The notes under the pieces were generated by a model that ran no database searches, was not told the origin of the DNA, and saw nothing but the letters and a program-made list of their open reading frames with translations. A DNA stretch of 64,000 nucleotides from the NCBI GenBank assembly GCA_010909165.1, contig MU008216.1, positions 187,137 through 251,136 of the forward strand. Direction: 5' to 3'. Both the position numbers and the translations under genes were made by a program. Below, piece by piece: positions 63,560-64,000 of the stretch (within the stretch, counting starts at the first letter, position 1; every line of letters starts with the position of its first letter). The DNA is from Anthoceros angustus (lineage: Eukaryota > Plantae > Anthocerotophyta).

Positions 63560-64000
63560 CCCACGACAAATCCTTTACATCAATGCCAGACTGTACAGCA
63601 AGTTTCTTGTTAGCTCCAGCTGACTCTCTGAGCCTGCCTGTCTACTCCTGTGCACCTGCCTGTAGCTGCATCCACATTTGCCACGAGGATGCATGGAGAC
63701 GCCTGCTGCTGGACCTGGCTCACAAGACTGTCAAAGCATTCCGCTAGGACAAAACGAGACTGTCAAAGCACCGTGTTACGCTTCCTACATCCCCATGAGT
63801 TTTGGCAAGGTACCAAGAATCGAACAGGCCTTGAGAAGCAAGCAAGAGTAACATTGAGAACTAAAATCAGCCCTTGTTGCTCCAATCTTCCATACAGAGC
63901 AATCGCCTCCTGACCCAGCCCGTGCCCTGCATTCCCAGCCATCAGCATACTCAAGCCTGACACTGAGCCCAGGTCATGGACTGGTCGCCCCACAAGGTTT
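63560..64000 (-). pseudogene. PLS-class PPR gene fragment, continuing past the window edge
   Basis: MLMAGNAGHGLGQEAIALYGRLEQQG..NVTLAC / LLKACSILGTL across a frameshift; similar to 10140-10270. Confidence 0.8.

Noticed and set aside
1-64000. Prokaryotic or viral origin, bacterial restriction-modification system, rRNA/tRNA genes
   Set aside because: Spliceosomal introns and plant gene families are present, the methyltransferase remnants are embedded in LTR-retrotransposon context with no operon structure, and no rRNA or tRNA gene was recognised by eye.

Overview
Eukaryotic, TE-dense nuclear DNA from a non-seed land plant. The host is inferred to be fern- or lycophyte-like from its PLS-class PPR genes and GT-AG introns. 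Host genes: an intact UFD1/TRAF-zinc-finger gene (At4g15420-like, 2 exons visible), a secreted Gnk2/DUF26-like gene with a decayed tandem paralog, an intronless SPL7-like SBP-box pseudogene, and two PLS-PPR pseudogenes. The rest is nested, decayed mobile DNA: Ty3/gypsy, Ty1/copia, three CRE-like RLE-encoding non-LTR retrotransposons, a CACTA end, a MITE and an unclassified two-gene element. The main signal is two unrelated DNA methyltransferase classes in retroelement context. (1) A Ty3/gypsy element with a probable Tf1-type self-priming site has the order LTR-gag-protease-C5 cytosine methyltransferase, with the C-terminal half of such an enzyme lying inverted about 6 kb away. (2) A long decayed ORF next to an Athila-like LTR carries a beta-class N4-C/N6-A methyltransferase domain. 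All translations were read by hand across frameshifts, so boundaries of decayed features are approximate. The many indel-laden tandem duplicates may partly be long-read assembly artefacts.
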